Assembly (NCBI GenBank): GCA_043228905.1
Contig: JBHGNT010000002.1
Coordinates: 7,130,001 to 7,194,000 of the forward strand
Source of the DNA: Azolla caroliniana
Lineage: Eukaryota; Plantae; Polypodiophyta
Length of the DNA stretch: 64,000 nt
Direction: 5' to 3'
The number at the start of each line of letters is the position of its first letter. Positions within the stretch are counted from its first letter, which is position 1. The translations under genes were made by a program, and so were the position numbers. Positions 12,199 to 24,584 of this stretch are shown here, one piece after another. The notes under the pieces were generated by a model. That model was not told the DNA's origin and ran no database searches. It was given only the letters and a program-made list of their open reading frames with translations.

Positions 12199-15100
12199 CT
12201 ATGCGGTACATAGGTACCTAGTTGTTTGTGAGGAGGTGGGAGTTAAAGGGCCATCAATCTCACCCTCCCCAAATCAAGGCAAATATCCCCTTTGAATGAA
12301 AGGGGATATTTTAGTCTCGTTTTTGTAAACGGTCTTCCCTCCTTGTGCTATAAAAGGAGAGGGAAGGCACCATTGTGAGGGTTGCCTATTTTGAGTGTGC
12401 GAGGTATACCACATAGGTCGAGCGTTAGGGTTAGGGTTTCTTTATCTTTATCTTCATCTTCGTCGGTTAGGGTTTCAAGTAGTCGTTTGGTGCGGTCTAT
12501 GCGGCCACCATTTTGTAATCGTTCATTTCGTTTTAATACATCTGGTTGATCATCTTGTCTCCATCTTCCTCTTGTTCAATCTAATCTCTTGTTCATTCTT
12601 CTTCTTCTTGAGCAAAGCTTCCATTCCATGTCCGATTCCTTCTCCTCTACTCCTTAGTCCAAGACCCCCATGGTCCCACCCTTCTCCACGCACGCGCGTA
12701 GCAACGCGACACCGTACAGCATCTCTTAATGTCGTTGGCCACCATAGGCCACTTTGCCATATTTTCCTGGCCGTCGCATCTCCGGCATAGTGACCTCCGG
12801 CAACTCCGCAGTGGGCTTCCCTCAGTATGAGGTCCTTTTCATCGCTGCGCACAGCCCGTCTCCATATGTCGTTCGCGCCCTTGTGGTAAAGTGTGTCTCG
12901 CAGTAAGCAAAAATGTCGGCTTTGCAACGCCAGGCATTTCCTTTTGTCCCGGTTCATCTCCTCCGGAGGCAGTCCAGTGCTCAAAAACTGGTGCATGTTT
13001 GTGAGCCACTTGTCTTCCTGTGCCACCGATTCATCTGCTGCAGTTTCCGTAGTGACTCGAAATAGCTCCGCATCCGGAAACTCGTCCGCTACTCCGTCGC
13101 CCGTCTCTCCGGACTCTAGACGGCTTAAATAATCCGCTACGGCATGCTGTATACCGGGTCGGTGGAATATTTCGAACTCGAATTCTTGTAACAGTAAGGT
13201 CCACCGGGCCAACTTACCGGTGAGTGACGCAGTGCCGAATGATCTACATGGAAGGAAAACTTCCTTCCCAATAAATAATGTCGAAACTTTGTCACACTGT
13301 AGATCATCCCTAGGGCTTCCCGTTCCGTGGTAGAGTAGTTTCGTTCCGCTTGGGATAGCTTTCGGCTGGCATAGTACACTGGCCGGTACCACTTTGGCTC
13401 CGTAAGCCGCATCAATGCGCTTCCGATTGCGATGTCGGAGGCGTCCACGAACACATGAAATTCTTTACTCCAATCCGGAGGTTGCACTACCGGTGCTTGC
13501 AACAATAGTACCTTGAGGGCGGTATACGCCCTATCCTCGGTGGTCATCCACTGGAATGGTGTTCGATGTACCGCGGCATGCAACGGTGTAGCCAGGTCGG
13601 CCAAGTATCAGAGCATCCGGCTGTGCCACCGGATCAGACCTAAGAACCGGTTCAATGCCTTTGCCGTTACCGGCACTGGTGCTTCTAATATGGCTTTCAC
13701 TTTGTCCGGGTCAACTGCAATGCCTTCCTAGCTCACAATATGTCCTAGTAGGGTTCCACTGGACACGCCAAATACACACTTCGCCGGATTCAAGCTTAGC
13801 CGGTAAGCTCTACACTTTTCTAGACAAAGACGGAGGTGCTGAAAATGATCCTCTTCCCGGCTATAGACGGCGAAAACGTCAAGGAAAACCTGCATAAAAG
13901 CCGGGATATATTGACCAAAGATTTCCATGATGATTCGTTGGAATGTTGCCGGTGCCGTTTTGAGTCCGAACATCATCACGACGGCCACAAACATCCCCCA
14001 TTCGGTGACGAAAGCCGTTTTCTCTTGGTCGTCGGGGTGCATCCGGATCTGATTATACCCGCTAAATCCGTCTAGAAAGCTATAGACCTCATGGCCGGCG
14101 ACAGCATCCAACACTCCATCTGTGAATGGAAGTGGAAACGCATCCGTTACCGTAGCCGCATTGAGTTTCTGGTAGTCCACACAAACTCGAATTTTTCCGT
14201 TCTTCTTCGGTACGACTACGATCGGGCTCAGCCATGTCGCTTTCTTTACCGGACGGGTAAAGCCAACTCTTAGCAGTTTGTCGATTTCCTCCTTGACTTT
14301 GGCGGCATAATTGGGATTCATCTGGTACCGTCTTTCTGCCACTGGTTTTGCGTCCTTGCTCAAGTGAATCTGATGCTGGTATAAGCATGTCTTCGTATGA
14401 CCAGGCAAACATGTCGCGAAATTCCGTGAGAAGTGTGATCATCGTCGTTTTGTCTTCGGACTTCATCTCCTTGGCGATGTGCACCGGTTTTGCTTCGTCC
14501 GTGGTCCCTAGGTTCACCTCTTCAAGTTGCGACGCTTTTACGCGCTGTGAAATGGTCATTTCCCGTTCCAACGCTTCCTGCGCTTGCCGTAACTCTCGGA
14601 TTGCGTCCTTATCCGGTTCTGCTTTAGTCTCTTCCGGCTGCAGTAAGTATGGTGCTACTGCTTCGGCAATGTCAATTTCGAAGAGGGGTACGATCTTCGG
14701 GTTTTTCCTACAATTACTGAGCTTCTTCTTTGTCAGATAACCCTTCTAGCATGTTGACGCACTCTACATACAACGGTGTACATTCCTTTCCAGTGCTCGT
14801 CCTTGGCAGTGTTGGTACCCGTACCTTGGTTTTTCCTCGCCGGAAGGTAATTATATTTTTCCTCCAATTCTGTTTGATATGTGCCGTTTTCAACCACGGC
14901 CGCCCCAGCAATAGCGGGTATGCGCCTTGTGCCTGTAATTGTAGCACTACTGTCGAGATGTGAAATGTATGACCGCCAACGGTGACTTCTAATTTTCGTA
15001 TTAATCCTGTCGACCGCATTGAGCTTGTATCAGCCATCCATAACCAGAACAGACATGGCTCCCACTCGTGGATTCCCAGGGCATCACACGTCCAGAGGCT

Positions 15101-15292
15101 TATTACATTCACACAGGAGCCTCCGTCTATTACTGTGCCGGGGAGTTCTTTCCCTTTTACAATGGCAGTGATTACCGGATTGTTGGTGTCCACCACCGTT
15201 GGTCCCTCCTTCGGATTCGAGAAGAGTACTGGTGCCGATGATGATTCTCCTGCCGTCATGGTCATCTTCAGTCCTTCCGTGAATCTCGGCAC
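10938..15292 (-). pseudogene. Gypsy pol (protease, RT, RNase H, integrase), disrupted
   Basis: PR VIDGGS (14714-15292); RT LDGFSGYNQI...FGLKTAPATFQR...FLDV (DD mutated); RH VFVDASD; IN AHCGVAGGH...CDLCQ, WGLDF, ISDQG, GLAE and GPY; frameshifts and a solo LTR at 11974-12711. Confidence 0.9.
11974..12711 (+). mobile_element. Solo LTR related to the 4238/19057 LTRs, 4-bp TSD CCGT, inserted in integrase
   Basis: TGTCGTGAAGATTTTCG...CGACA; ccgt at 11970-11973 and 12712-12715; removal restores DAVRYARECDLCQ. Confidence 0.9.
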
Positions 15293-15325
15293 GAGCTATA
15301 GGAGTCTTCCTAGTGGCAGCGTAAT

Positions 15326-17393
15326 CTAGCATTCTTGCAACGCCAGCCATGTCTCGTTCTCGGAGTGACTGCCGTCGGCAAGCCCTATGGTGTTCTCCTT
15401 TTGCCACTCTAAGTCTGTTATGTTTTGCTCGTTTTCTTTCCTCACCCATTCCGTCGCTTGCTTCCGGATGGTCTCCTGCGTCTCCCATTCCTTGGCCATG
15501 CCCTTCGATCTTGTGGTCACTTGTTGCAGATCTGCCACTTCAGGTACTACCATATTTACTGCCGGTCGTTTGTCATAGCTCTTCGCCGGGCATTGATTAC
15601 TATAATGGCCTTCCTGTCGGCAGTAGTAGCAGTAGGCTTTCCGGGTATTGCTGGATTCGGCATTGTTTGTTGTATCCGGGGCAGGTCCTGTGGTAAGCCC
15701 GGGGTTTTGGGCCGGTTGGCTGCTTGAAGCTCCTTGTTCCGGATCCCGTGGGTGGCCGCCTTTTTTGAAATGCCGTTTTCTGTTATAGTTCTTCTTATTG
15801 CGGTACTCTTGACGAGGTTGGTCGTTATATCTGCCATATTCCTCCCGTTGTTGACGATACTCGGGGGAGTGCTCCCGGTCGTAATGTTCGTATCGTCTAT
15901 TGTAATCCCGGTACCAATCATATCTATCATACCGGTCATAGTTATCCCGCCGATCACCGTACCGGACATCATTCTCCCGTCGATCGCCATACCGGACATC
16001 TTGTGCCGGTCGGTCGCGGTCCGTTTGCCGCCAGCGTTCCTCTTCTTCATCCCGGCTGCTGCGTGGCTCTATTTGTCGGACGGGCGGTGCTTGCTGGTTC
16101 AATAGATTATACTCGCACCTATCCGTCGTATGGCCCTTGGATTGACAGATTACACATTGCGTCCTCATAGTGCATTCTAGTGCCGAGTGTCCGGAATTCA
16201 AGCAGGTTGTGCACTGTATTGCTTGCCGAAACCGGAGGTCTTCATCGGATGGTAACGCCCGTTGGAGTGCTCCCAGTGTGAGCCAGGAACTTGTCTTTTC
16301 CATCTCTCTCACCCGGTCAAGGACCTGGTCGATGGTACTTGCGCGGAAGTCAATTACCGTGCAAACCGTGCGTAGGGGTTCCCGGAGCGCATTTAGGAAT
16401 ATAGTCCGTAATTCCTCCTCCGGGGGTGCGCGGGCAAGTTGACTATGCATCCGTTGAAACCAGATGACGAACTGAGGAATGCTCTCCCCTGCCTCCTGTC
16501 GGATGGTATAAAACAAGCCCACCACTACTGTCTGGTCCACCTCCTTTTGGAGAAAATGCAAGAATTTAGCTTTTAAATCTGCGAAGGTGGTGATGGTAGA
16601 CGAGTCCTGCGTCCGGCGCCATCTTGCTGCCGGTCCCTCCAATGTGACGCCAAATTCCGCTATCTTAGAGCGTTCCTCTTCCTCCGAGGTCAATCGCTGG
16701 GACACATGGTTTGCTTCCTATGTCTGTTCAAAGGTGTGAACATGAGCTTCCGCGTCCGGGTCATCTCTATACTTGGAGTACTGGAACGGCATGTTGTCGT
16801 CCGGTATCGGTGTGCGGGCTGGTGGTATTGGTGGTCGTTCCTGGTTTTTCTCCGGCGTCAGTGGTCTTTCCTTATTTGTCTCCTGCGTTGGTGGTCTTTC
16901 CTCTTCTTTTGGTGATGGAGGCCTCTCCTCCTCGACTTCCGGTGTCAGAGGTCACTCTTCCTCTGCTTCTGGTTCCGGAGGTTCCAGCCTTAGCACTTCC
17001 GGTTCCGGTGTCGGTAAGGTGTCTGATCCTTCGTCCTCTGGTCCGCCCGGGGTGTCGTTACTGCTACGGTAGTTCGTGTGCACGTTGTATCCCTCTTCGG
17101 AATCCGATTCATACGCTAAAAAGGCTTCTACGTCGCCTTCCCCACTTGCCAACACCTGGAGAAGGGATTCGGTTTGCCGAAGGCTGCTTAGGCTGCTGCC
17201 ATCGTTCGGGTGCGATGTTTGCTGTAACCGGAGGGACTCCTCCACTACTCTCCGGATTATGTTGGAAAATGAGCGATCCGCTCTAATTTCCTGTGCCACT
17301 TGCTGGAAAGCCTCACGTCTCCTTTGCCTTTCGGCAAGGCGTCGAGTTCGATCTGTAACCAGGTCGTGCGTTGATCTAGTCATCCATTCATGC
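15326..17393 (-). pseudogene. Gypsy gag (459-aa open part 15326-16705, upstream part broken) with three CCHC zinc knuckles
   Basis: Retrotrans_gag-like LEGPAARW...LKAKF; CTTCLNSGHSALEC, CVICQSKGHTTDRC, CYYCRQEGHYSNQC. Confidence 0.85.
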
Positions 17394-17419
17394 CGTCGTT
17401 CGCTACAATAACAGGAATC

Positions 17420-17429
17420 GTGGTCGCCA
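17420..17429 (-). promoter_or_regulatory. PBS, probably tRNA-Arg(UCG) type
   Basis: Minus strand: LTR-CA, spacer cagtttt, then TGGCGACCAC (10-nt match to a recalled tRNA-Arg end ...GTGGTCGCCA). Confidence 0.6.
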
Positions 17430-17436
17430 AAAACTG

Positions 17437-17872
17437 TGTTAACTCTTAGGGCCGGACAATGGCCTAACACAGGGTGTCTACGGAAGACACTTCACCAAAG
17501 GGGTGTTACGGCAAGAGGATTAGGCTCAACGATTAATCCAACTTAATTAGGTTACTTAGCAAGATCGTCCTTAATAATCACACGCGTAAGATATAACAAT
17601 GAATGCAGAATGGCAATTAACACAGAGAGATAAAAAACATTAAGCTTTATTAATTAACCACTCCTCATTACATTGCATCTGGGCCTTTAAATAGGTTTCC
17701 GGTTTGTAGTACAAAACGGTGCCATCCGCACCTGTTCGGGATCGGTCCGGATCCGGAACGGCATACCGATTCCGGTCCGTCTGTCCACACTGATAGCTTA
17801 CTTACAACCATTCCTTAATAATTAAATAACTCCTTCGTTACACACTCTAGACTCCTTTGCCGGCCGGTAACA
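17437..17872 (-). repeat. 5' LTR of the Gypsy element
   Basis: Direct repeat of 7247-7681. Confidence 0.95.
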
Positions 17873-20800
17873 CTTCAATGCTCATAAATGACTTCTATCA
17901 ATCCATATGGACTTGTATAAAAGTGCTCATTGAGCACATTCTATGTACAGACTGAGTATTATTTTTTTAATAGATTTGTGTGTATTGACTCTCTCTCTCT
18001 CTCTCTCCCCCCCGCATACTCTATGTGTGTCCAAGCTCTCCATTAAACCTGTGTTTTCCTACGTTCTGCTTTCTGTTGCTTCCGCACGTTGTTCTTTTCA
18101 CACGAAGAATGCACTACGGCCGCTTGAGGGCCAAGGAACAAGCATGCATCCGGAGGAGCCGCAACGAGTGACCAACGATAGCAGTCGAGTCGAGCCTTTG
18201 AGAAGCAAGTACGAGACGAAAGATAGAGCGGCGAGGTGCCAAGATCAACGGAACGAGTTGAGCGTGATTGGCATGAGCGGAGGGTTGTGTCTAGGGAAAC
18301 AGAGGAGGTGCGTGGAGAACGAAGGGCTACACACTAGGAAGAGCAAACACGGCATCCCGAAGGATGGGTGGGGCCGAGCGGGCCGAGAGGGTGTGCATCA
18401 AGATGAAGTGGTAACGAGATCCACGAAGGACACCGAAGCGGAGAACCACGACATGGATGTTGGGATGGAGGTGTACTCTATCCTGAGAGAGCACCATGGG
18501 CAAGGGAGATACGAGGAACGTGTGACATGGTCACGTAAGGACCTAAGAACGAGTGTGTATTCGGAGGTCGACATCGACGCACAGGTAGAGCCTTCGAAAG
18601 GCACGCATGGAATGAAGGGAGACGGCATGCCGAGGTGCTTGGGACGAGGAGACAATTGAGCCGAAGGAGGAACACATGTGTTATGCGAGGGGTTGTATCC
18701 GACATACAATCGGAGTGATCAGGAGTCCAATCGGATGACGTGCACGGTGGACAAAGGAAGAGAGATCGAATCAACGACTCCTTTAGGGAGGTCTACTGCG
18801 ACCAGCTGGGGAGGAAGGTGTGAGCATCGGATATGGTAAATCGGATGGAGCCAACGGTTCGGGGACATGTGGCGGATACAGTGGATCGGGAGGCTATGGT
18901 AGTTTGTATGGGAAGGATGGGCATGCTCGAAATGGAAGACGAAGTCGATCGAGGTCAACAAGGGCGTAAAGGAACCCGGTTAATCACCATTGCCAAATCT
19001 CACATCTTTCCCTTTCTTGGCACATACCGGTGGATGTGCGGTTTGGTGGGGGTGGATGTCATGAGGATTTTCGGCTATGGTGAGAAAATCCGAGTGGGAT
19101 GAATAAAATGGGGATGTGCAACATTGCACATCCCCTTGATAGAATTGTAAAATAAAGTAACAAATGTAAAAGGAAGGGTAGAATGTAAGGTGCTAAAAGT
19201 GCACTACAAAGTTTGTGAAGCATAAAGATGATGTGTACGTAGGGGCTCATGCACATGTAGACTAAATGGGAGTGCATGGGAGTACGGATGTAGTGGGTAG
19301 TGGTATAGAGTGTGAGTGTGAGGGCTGAGAGATAAGGCCCCATCAATCAAAGATCAAGGGAAATATTCCCCATTAAAAGAAGGGGATTTGACCCCTCCTT
19401 ATGTAATGTGCCTCACCCCTTACTATTATAAAAGGGAGTGGAGAGGTCACTTTTGAAGGGCTTCCACTTTGGGGTTTCCTTGGGTCGCCATTTTGTTGGT
19501 TTGGGTAGACCATTAGGGTTTCGGGTTTAGGGTTTCGGTTAGGGTTTCATCTAGTAGCCATGGTTCTAACTCATGTGGTGTTCTCGTAATATAATCATTC
19601 GATGGATCTTGTCTTGCCTTTAATCTTAATCTCTTCGATCTTAACCTCTCTAATCTTAACCCTTCTACTCGGTTAAACTCTCAAGCTTCCTTCCCTTTCT
19701 TCACTCCCTAGTCCAGGACCCTCGCGGTCCTGTCCTACCCGACACGCACGTGCGGATTTCCACGACAGTGCTCGCTCCAAAGTCGCTCATCATTGGGCAT
19801 ACGGCTTACTCTAGCCACCTCCATTCCCAAGCCTTCCTTGGGCCTCTATCTCTATGGACCTCATAACAGATCTACCCTTGGTCAATAGTTATGTCTCTGT
19901 GTTGGTTATTGTCAAAGATTTTACAAAGATGGCTCACTTCATCCATGCTCAAAAACCATTTCCAGTGAAGGAATGGTGCATCTATTCCTCAACAATGTGG
20001 TTTGTTTGCATGGACTCCCCAACCATGTCATCTCCGATCGCGGATCCCAGTTTGTCTCTCACTTCTCGTAGCGCCTGCTGTAAACTTTAGGTTGCCATCT
20101 CTATCAAGTTATCCTCTGCCTATCACCCCCAAACCAACGCCTACAATACCTCGTCTTGTGGAAGGTTACCCCATGTCTGACACCACGTGGGAACCAACGA
20201 AGAATTTACAAAATGCCCTAGAGGTGGTCCAGGATTTTCATCACCGGTATCCCCACAAACCGGCAACCGGTTTGGGAAGACAGTGTAAGAGGGGGGATAA
20301 TATCACATTCTAGATGTGAACCTCTAACCTACAACACACCCAATACATAGTGTTAGATAAACCATATGGAAAATCTTAAGTTATATGTGAACTTATATAT
20401 GTTTTAATATTGTATAGTTTAGCATATAGTACATTTGAGAATATTCTAGCCTTTAGTATATTCTAGAAATATTCTATAGTATATTTTAGACGGGTATATT
20501 CTAGAGATATTTCTTGGGTATATTTTAGAGATATTCAATTTCGGAACTTGTATAAATATGTGTGTTCACCTAGAGTACAATCAAGGTGAACAACGCCAGT
20601 TACGGAGTCTTTCAATTCATCAACTCATCCATTTGATTTTCTTCTAGTGTCTTGTGCATATTATCTATCCATGGCAGACATCAGTGGTGCAGTCTAGGAT
20701 TTCGTCACAACGGTCGTGTTAATCTCTTCCAAGGTATTAGTCATCCTAATATCTGGCAGTATGGGACGTTGGTGATAGGTTGACTATGTCTAGATCATAG

Positions 20801-20897
20801 GTCAGGGGTGGTCAGATGGAATGGGTTCTTCTATCTAGTTTATTTACCTTGTTTTTACTTTACTTTGGTCTATTGATTAGTAATAGAATCTTAACAC

Positions 20898-20909
20898 TGG
20901 TATCAGAGC
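20898..20909 (+). promoter_or_regulatory. tRNA-Met PBS of another decayed LTR element (LTR end at 20896)
   Basis: ttaaca-c-TGGTATCAGAGC; no intact coding region follows. Confidence 0.65.
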
Positions 20910-22239
20910 ATTTATTAACAAATGTTTTTGTTGTTTTGATGTTTTTCGTGTGAGTGATGGGGATCTAACAAGGCTCGTCATGCTCTTCTCAGGATCAAAA
21001 CAGCACTCTAAATCCAGTACTTTCTTCTTTCTCGATCTCTCTTCTTTTCTATGATGCATTATTCTTGGTCACATGGAAATTGTATTACGTTTTCTTTTCT
21101 TTCTTTCTTCATTACTACCATGAAATCACCATTTTAATTCTAATTCTGCATCAAGTCGAGCGTGTTTGCACTAATCGCCACCCTCAACTCATGGCCCTTT
21201 TTCAGAGTGCGTTGTATATCCCACTCTCCCCTCTATTGCGTCATCTCTTACAATAATAAGTATTCTTATGCATCGGGCCGAGCGTGTTTGCACTAATCGC
21301 ACATGCTCACCTCATCACCCTTTTGAATAGGTTGTTGTGTATGTCATTCTTCCCTCTATTCAACCATCTTTTGGTCATTCTATGGGATGTTTTGGTCTTG
21401 ACGAGGTGTATGTCGACTACCTATGCCACTCTACTCTCTATTGAGCCATCTCTTGGCCAATTCTATGGGATGGTGTGGTCTTGATGAGGTGCATGTTGAC
21501 TACACTAGGGTTTCTTACCTTCGGGCATGCTTAATGTTTCATACACCTATTTGATTATTTTTCTAATTATTTTCTAATTATACAAGTTATCTTCCCACTT
21601 TCTTAAGATTTTCTTGTGATTGTCATCTACCCACCCATACTTCACTCTCTTTTTACCCTTACTTTTCACATTTAAAATATTTACGTACGTTTACCTATGA
21701 TGTCACACTTCCATGTAGACTATTTTTTCATATTGAACCATTTTTGTAACATGTCATCTAGGGTTAACTCATGTTATCGAGCCTTAGAACTCAATTAAAA
21801 CCACATGAGTTCCCTTATTGATGTTTTACTCGTAGATTTGAGTACTACATCTTTGCACACAACACCACCATCACTTGTATCAATTAGTGGCTTAGGTCAC
21901 AATTGTGCAAATTACAACCACTGTATTGGGATGGATATGTGCATACCTCACACCATCCATTTATTTGTGACATTTTTTTTAGTAGGTAACACATGGTTTT
22001 TTAAACCTTGTTTTCGTCACTTATTGTCTCGTATAGGTAGTGATTTATTTTATCTTGTTTTTTCATAACATTTGCTTGTAACTCACAACACTACTTGCGA
22101 GTGCACTTGTTTTTGTACGTAATACCCTTTCCCAACCATATCAATACATGCTAGGTTGGCAATTTAATATAAGGCTTACTAGGAAATTACATTGATGGTA
22201 GAACCATGGTTGAGCCTCTAGAGATGTACTCTCCCATAA

Positions 22240-24400
22240 TCTTCTTCACAAACTTCGGCGAGCCTACATCATATGAAGAAGCATCGGCTGATCGATTCGG
22301 CCACATGGCATCTGGCAATGGAGTTAGAGATGAACTTCACTCGGCAAAATAAGACTTGGGATCTAGTCGAACTACCGAAAAATCAACATGCTCTCCCTTG
22401 CAAGTGGGCTACAGATTAGAAGAGACATCTGATTTGGCCAACCAAAAATTCAAGGCCAGATTAGTAGCGAAAGGGTTTCGACAGGAATATGGCTTTGATT
22501 TCGATGAAATATCTTCACCAGTGGTGAAAATGACGACCCTACGCTTTATGCTCAACGTCATGGCAACCGAAGATTTGGAGCTTATGCAGCTAGATGTCAA
22601 AATGGCATTCCACCATGGTGACCTAGAAGAGGAGATCTACATGGAGTAGTCGAAAGGCTTCGTGGTATCCATCTTGAAGCAGGCACCCAGTCAGTGGTAT
22701 AAGAAGTTCGACGATTTCATCCAATCAGCCGACATCTCAAAGAGCAATCAAGACCATTGTCTCTTCACCAAAATAGTTCGAGATGGGTCACCCATCTTTC
22801 TCATCGTTTACGTGGATGACATGCTACTCTCCAGCCAACATGTCGGAGAGCTCGCCGAACTCGTTCGGCAACTAAAGTTGAAGTTTGACATGAAAGACCT
22901 CGGTCCGGCACAACACATTCTAGGGATGAAAATTAGTCAGCTTCGGAATCGACGACAACTACTCTTGTCACAAGCCGACTACATTGGATGTGTCTTAGAA
23001 CACTTCAACATGAAATAGGCAAAATTTGCTTCGACCCCACTCCCAATTAGCCTTTGGTTATCTCAGAAGGATTGCCTGACATTCGGTCCGGAGGGGGAAA
23101 TTATGATGTCGGTGCCATACGCATCGATTGTCGACTCCTTAATGTACGCGATAGCCACCACACGGTCAGACTTAGTTCACGCCATAGGAGTCGTCAGTAG
23201 ATTTATGCACAATCTCGGTCAATCGCATTGGAATGCAGTAAAGCATGTGTTCAGATATCTGGTGGGCACAAAAGACTATGGCATCCTATTTGGCCTAAAT
23301 AAGACTTCAGGTGTAGTCGGTTACACTAACTCAGACTTTGTTGACTGCTTGGACAGCCGAATCTTGACAATTGGAAGTCAAACTCGGCAATGGAGCAATC
23401 TCGTGGAAGTCGAAAGTACAAGATTGCATGACCACTTCAACGATCGAGGTTGAATATGTAGTCACATTCGACGTGGCGAAAGAGGCCTTGTGGCTCGGTT
23501 GTCTAGCACGCACGTTTCGACAAGCTCACTCCGATTCGACTCTAGTTGTCTATAGCGACAATCAAGGCATTGTCTCTTTGTCAAGAAATCTAGTCCATCA
23601 CATCGGCTCGAAGCATATAGACGTAAGGTATCACTTCGTTCAGGACTACATCATTTCAGGGAAAATCGACCTAGAGAAGATATTTACAAATGATAATGTC
23701 ACAGATGGGATGACCAAGTGTCTTCTGGTAGACCATTTCCGGTCTCTTCAGCACCATACGGGCATTCAATGAAATCAGTCTAATTGAGTCGGACATTCAG
23801 GATGGTTTCGGATAATCGGCATCGATATTTCAAGATTTGGCAATCAACATAGTTGACTCGGCTTCAAACTCTCCGACTGGGACTCACTTTTAGACTAGCC
23901 GATTCGACCTCAACCCTCTCGGCTTCCAGTTTTTCGGACATTGCTGAATTTGGACAAAAGCCTACTTGTTCGACAACCTTGTATAAATCTATATCTTTGT
24001 TCATTCCTTTTACAAAGTTTTGTTGTATACGCCCATTACAAGGGAGTGTCGAATACGGGTTCATAATGGACGTATTACACATTGTCCCATTGGACAGACT
24101 AGGTTTAGGCTAAATTTATATATATTGGGAAGGGAAGTTGCCCTAGGTCGGTTAGTATTTAAATGACCTTTGTAACCTAGTTAGTGGTTGTTGTGTCATT
24201 GTAACTTTGAGAGCAATAATATAGTTACATATCTTTGTGCCTACTTTGGTGTCTCCTTGTTCTCTTGATCTTGTTTCTTGTTATTGTTGCCTCCATTAAT
24301 TCTTGTAGAGTTGTTCTTTAAGACTTTGTTCATTAACAAATAAGGATCTTCATAGGAGAAGTGTTGGTTTTGTTTTGCATCCTGACGGACGCCTCCAATA
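22240..24400 (+). mobile_element. Decayed Ty1/Copia 3' half (RT-RNase H pseudogene 22240-23772, PPT, 3' LTR ~24047-24400)
   Basis: KARLVAKGF, QLDVKMAF, IVYVDDML, DMKDLG, ISWKSK, SKHIDVRYHFV; stops and frameshifts; acaagggag followed by TGTCG. Confidence 0.85.
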
Positions 24401-24409
24401 GATAATTTA

Positions 24410-24584
24410 ATGACTCGAGGTATGAGTCGTGGGTTTTCGAAGTCTTCTCGACTGATGGAGAAGACACCCATGACTCGAGTGTGAGTCGTGGGTTTTTCAA
24501 GCCTTCTCAACGGATGGAGAAGATACACATGACTCAACGTGTAAGTCGTAGGTTTCTAAGTCTTCTCGAGGTTTGAGTCATGGG
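24410..24584. repeat. Tandem repeat, ~60-bp unit, about 3 copies
   Basis: atgactc...gagtcgtggg...tcttctc...gagaagac starting at 24410, 24470 and 24529. Confidence 0.8.

Larger units (their letters stand above)
7247..17872 (-). mobile_element. Near-complete non-chromoviral Ty3/Gypsy element with an extra 3' ORF; 5-bp TSD CTTCA
   Basis: LTRs 7247-7681 and 17437-17872 (about 15 substitutions plus 1 indel by eye); TSD cttca at 7242-7246 and 17873-17877; gag-PR-RT-RH-IN order on the minus strand; minus-strand TATA (cctatttaaagg) and AATAAA in the LTR. Confidence 0.95.
6461..18102 (+). mobile_element. 5'-truncated Ty1/Copia (end of RNase H, 3' UTR, PPT, 3' LTR 7008-18102 split by the Gypsy at 7247-17872)
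   Basis: LRQFSGALGL*HLDVPNLRGR Copia-type C-terminus; PPT ttgagggggag just before TGTTGAG at 7008; LTR halves 7008-7246 and 17873-18102 are homologous to 1131-2262. Confidence 0.8.
4238..19767 (+). mobile_element. Non-autonomous Gypsy-like LTR element (LTRs 4238-4921 and 19057-19767), tRNA-Trp-like PBS, gag remnant only
   Basis: Two similar LTRs TGTCATGAGG...CACGACA; tgatgaacaagacgtgaa after the 5' LTR resembles TGGTGAACCCGACGTGAA; PPT ggtgggggtgga before the 3' LTR; degenerate 4-bp TSD atgt/gtgc; no RT or integrase motifs of its own. Confidence 0.85.
2263..20709 (+). mobile_element. Old chromovirus-type Ty3/Gypsy remnant that hosts the nested insertions (RT 2263-2556, RNase H ~3314-3850, integrase ~4080-4237 and 19768-20140, chromodomain ~20160-20260, PPT, 3' LTR from ~20301)
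   Basis: RT segment ILIF...IEFLGYII...FVNFYRHFI; RNase H VETNASD; integrase HDDPLAGHFG...TCDV/CARSK split by the insertion at 4238-19767; chromo-like GYPMSDTTWEPTKNL...DFHHRYP; PPT aagagggggga 20288-20298. The right LTR end is approximate. Confidence 0.8.

Noticed and set aside
7247-17872. Element transcribed on the plus strand with antisense gag-pol
   Set aside because: The LTR TATA and AATAAA face the minus strand and there is no plus-strand PPT before the right LTR; kept only as a less likely alternative.
17943-19102. 238-aa and shorter ORFs
   Set aside because: They span an LTR/internal junction of nested elements; no recognisable protein.
20710-24400. A single Copia from the PBS at 20898 to the LTR at 24047
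   Set aside because: The sequence before the PBS does not resemble the 24047-24400 LTR; probably two separate remnants.
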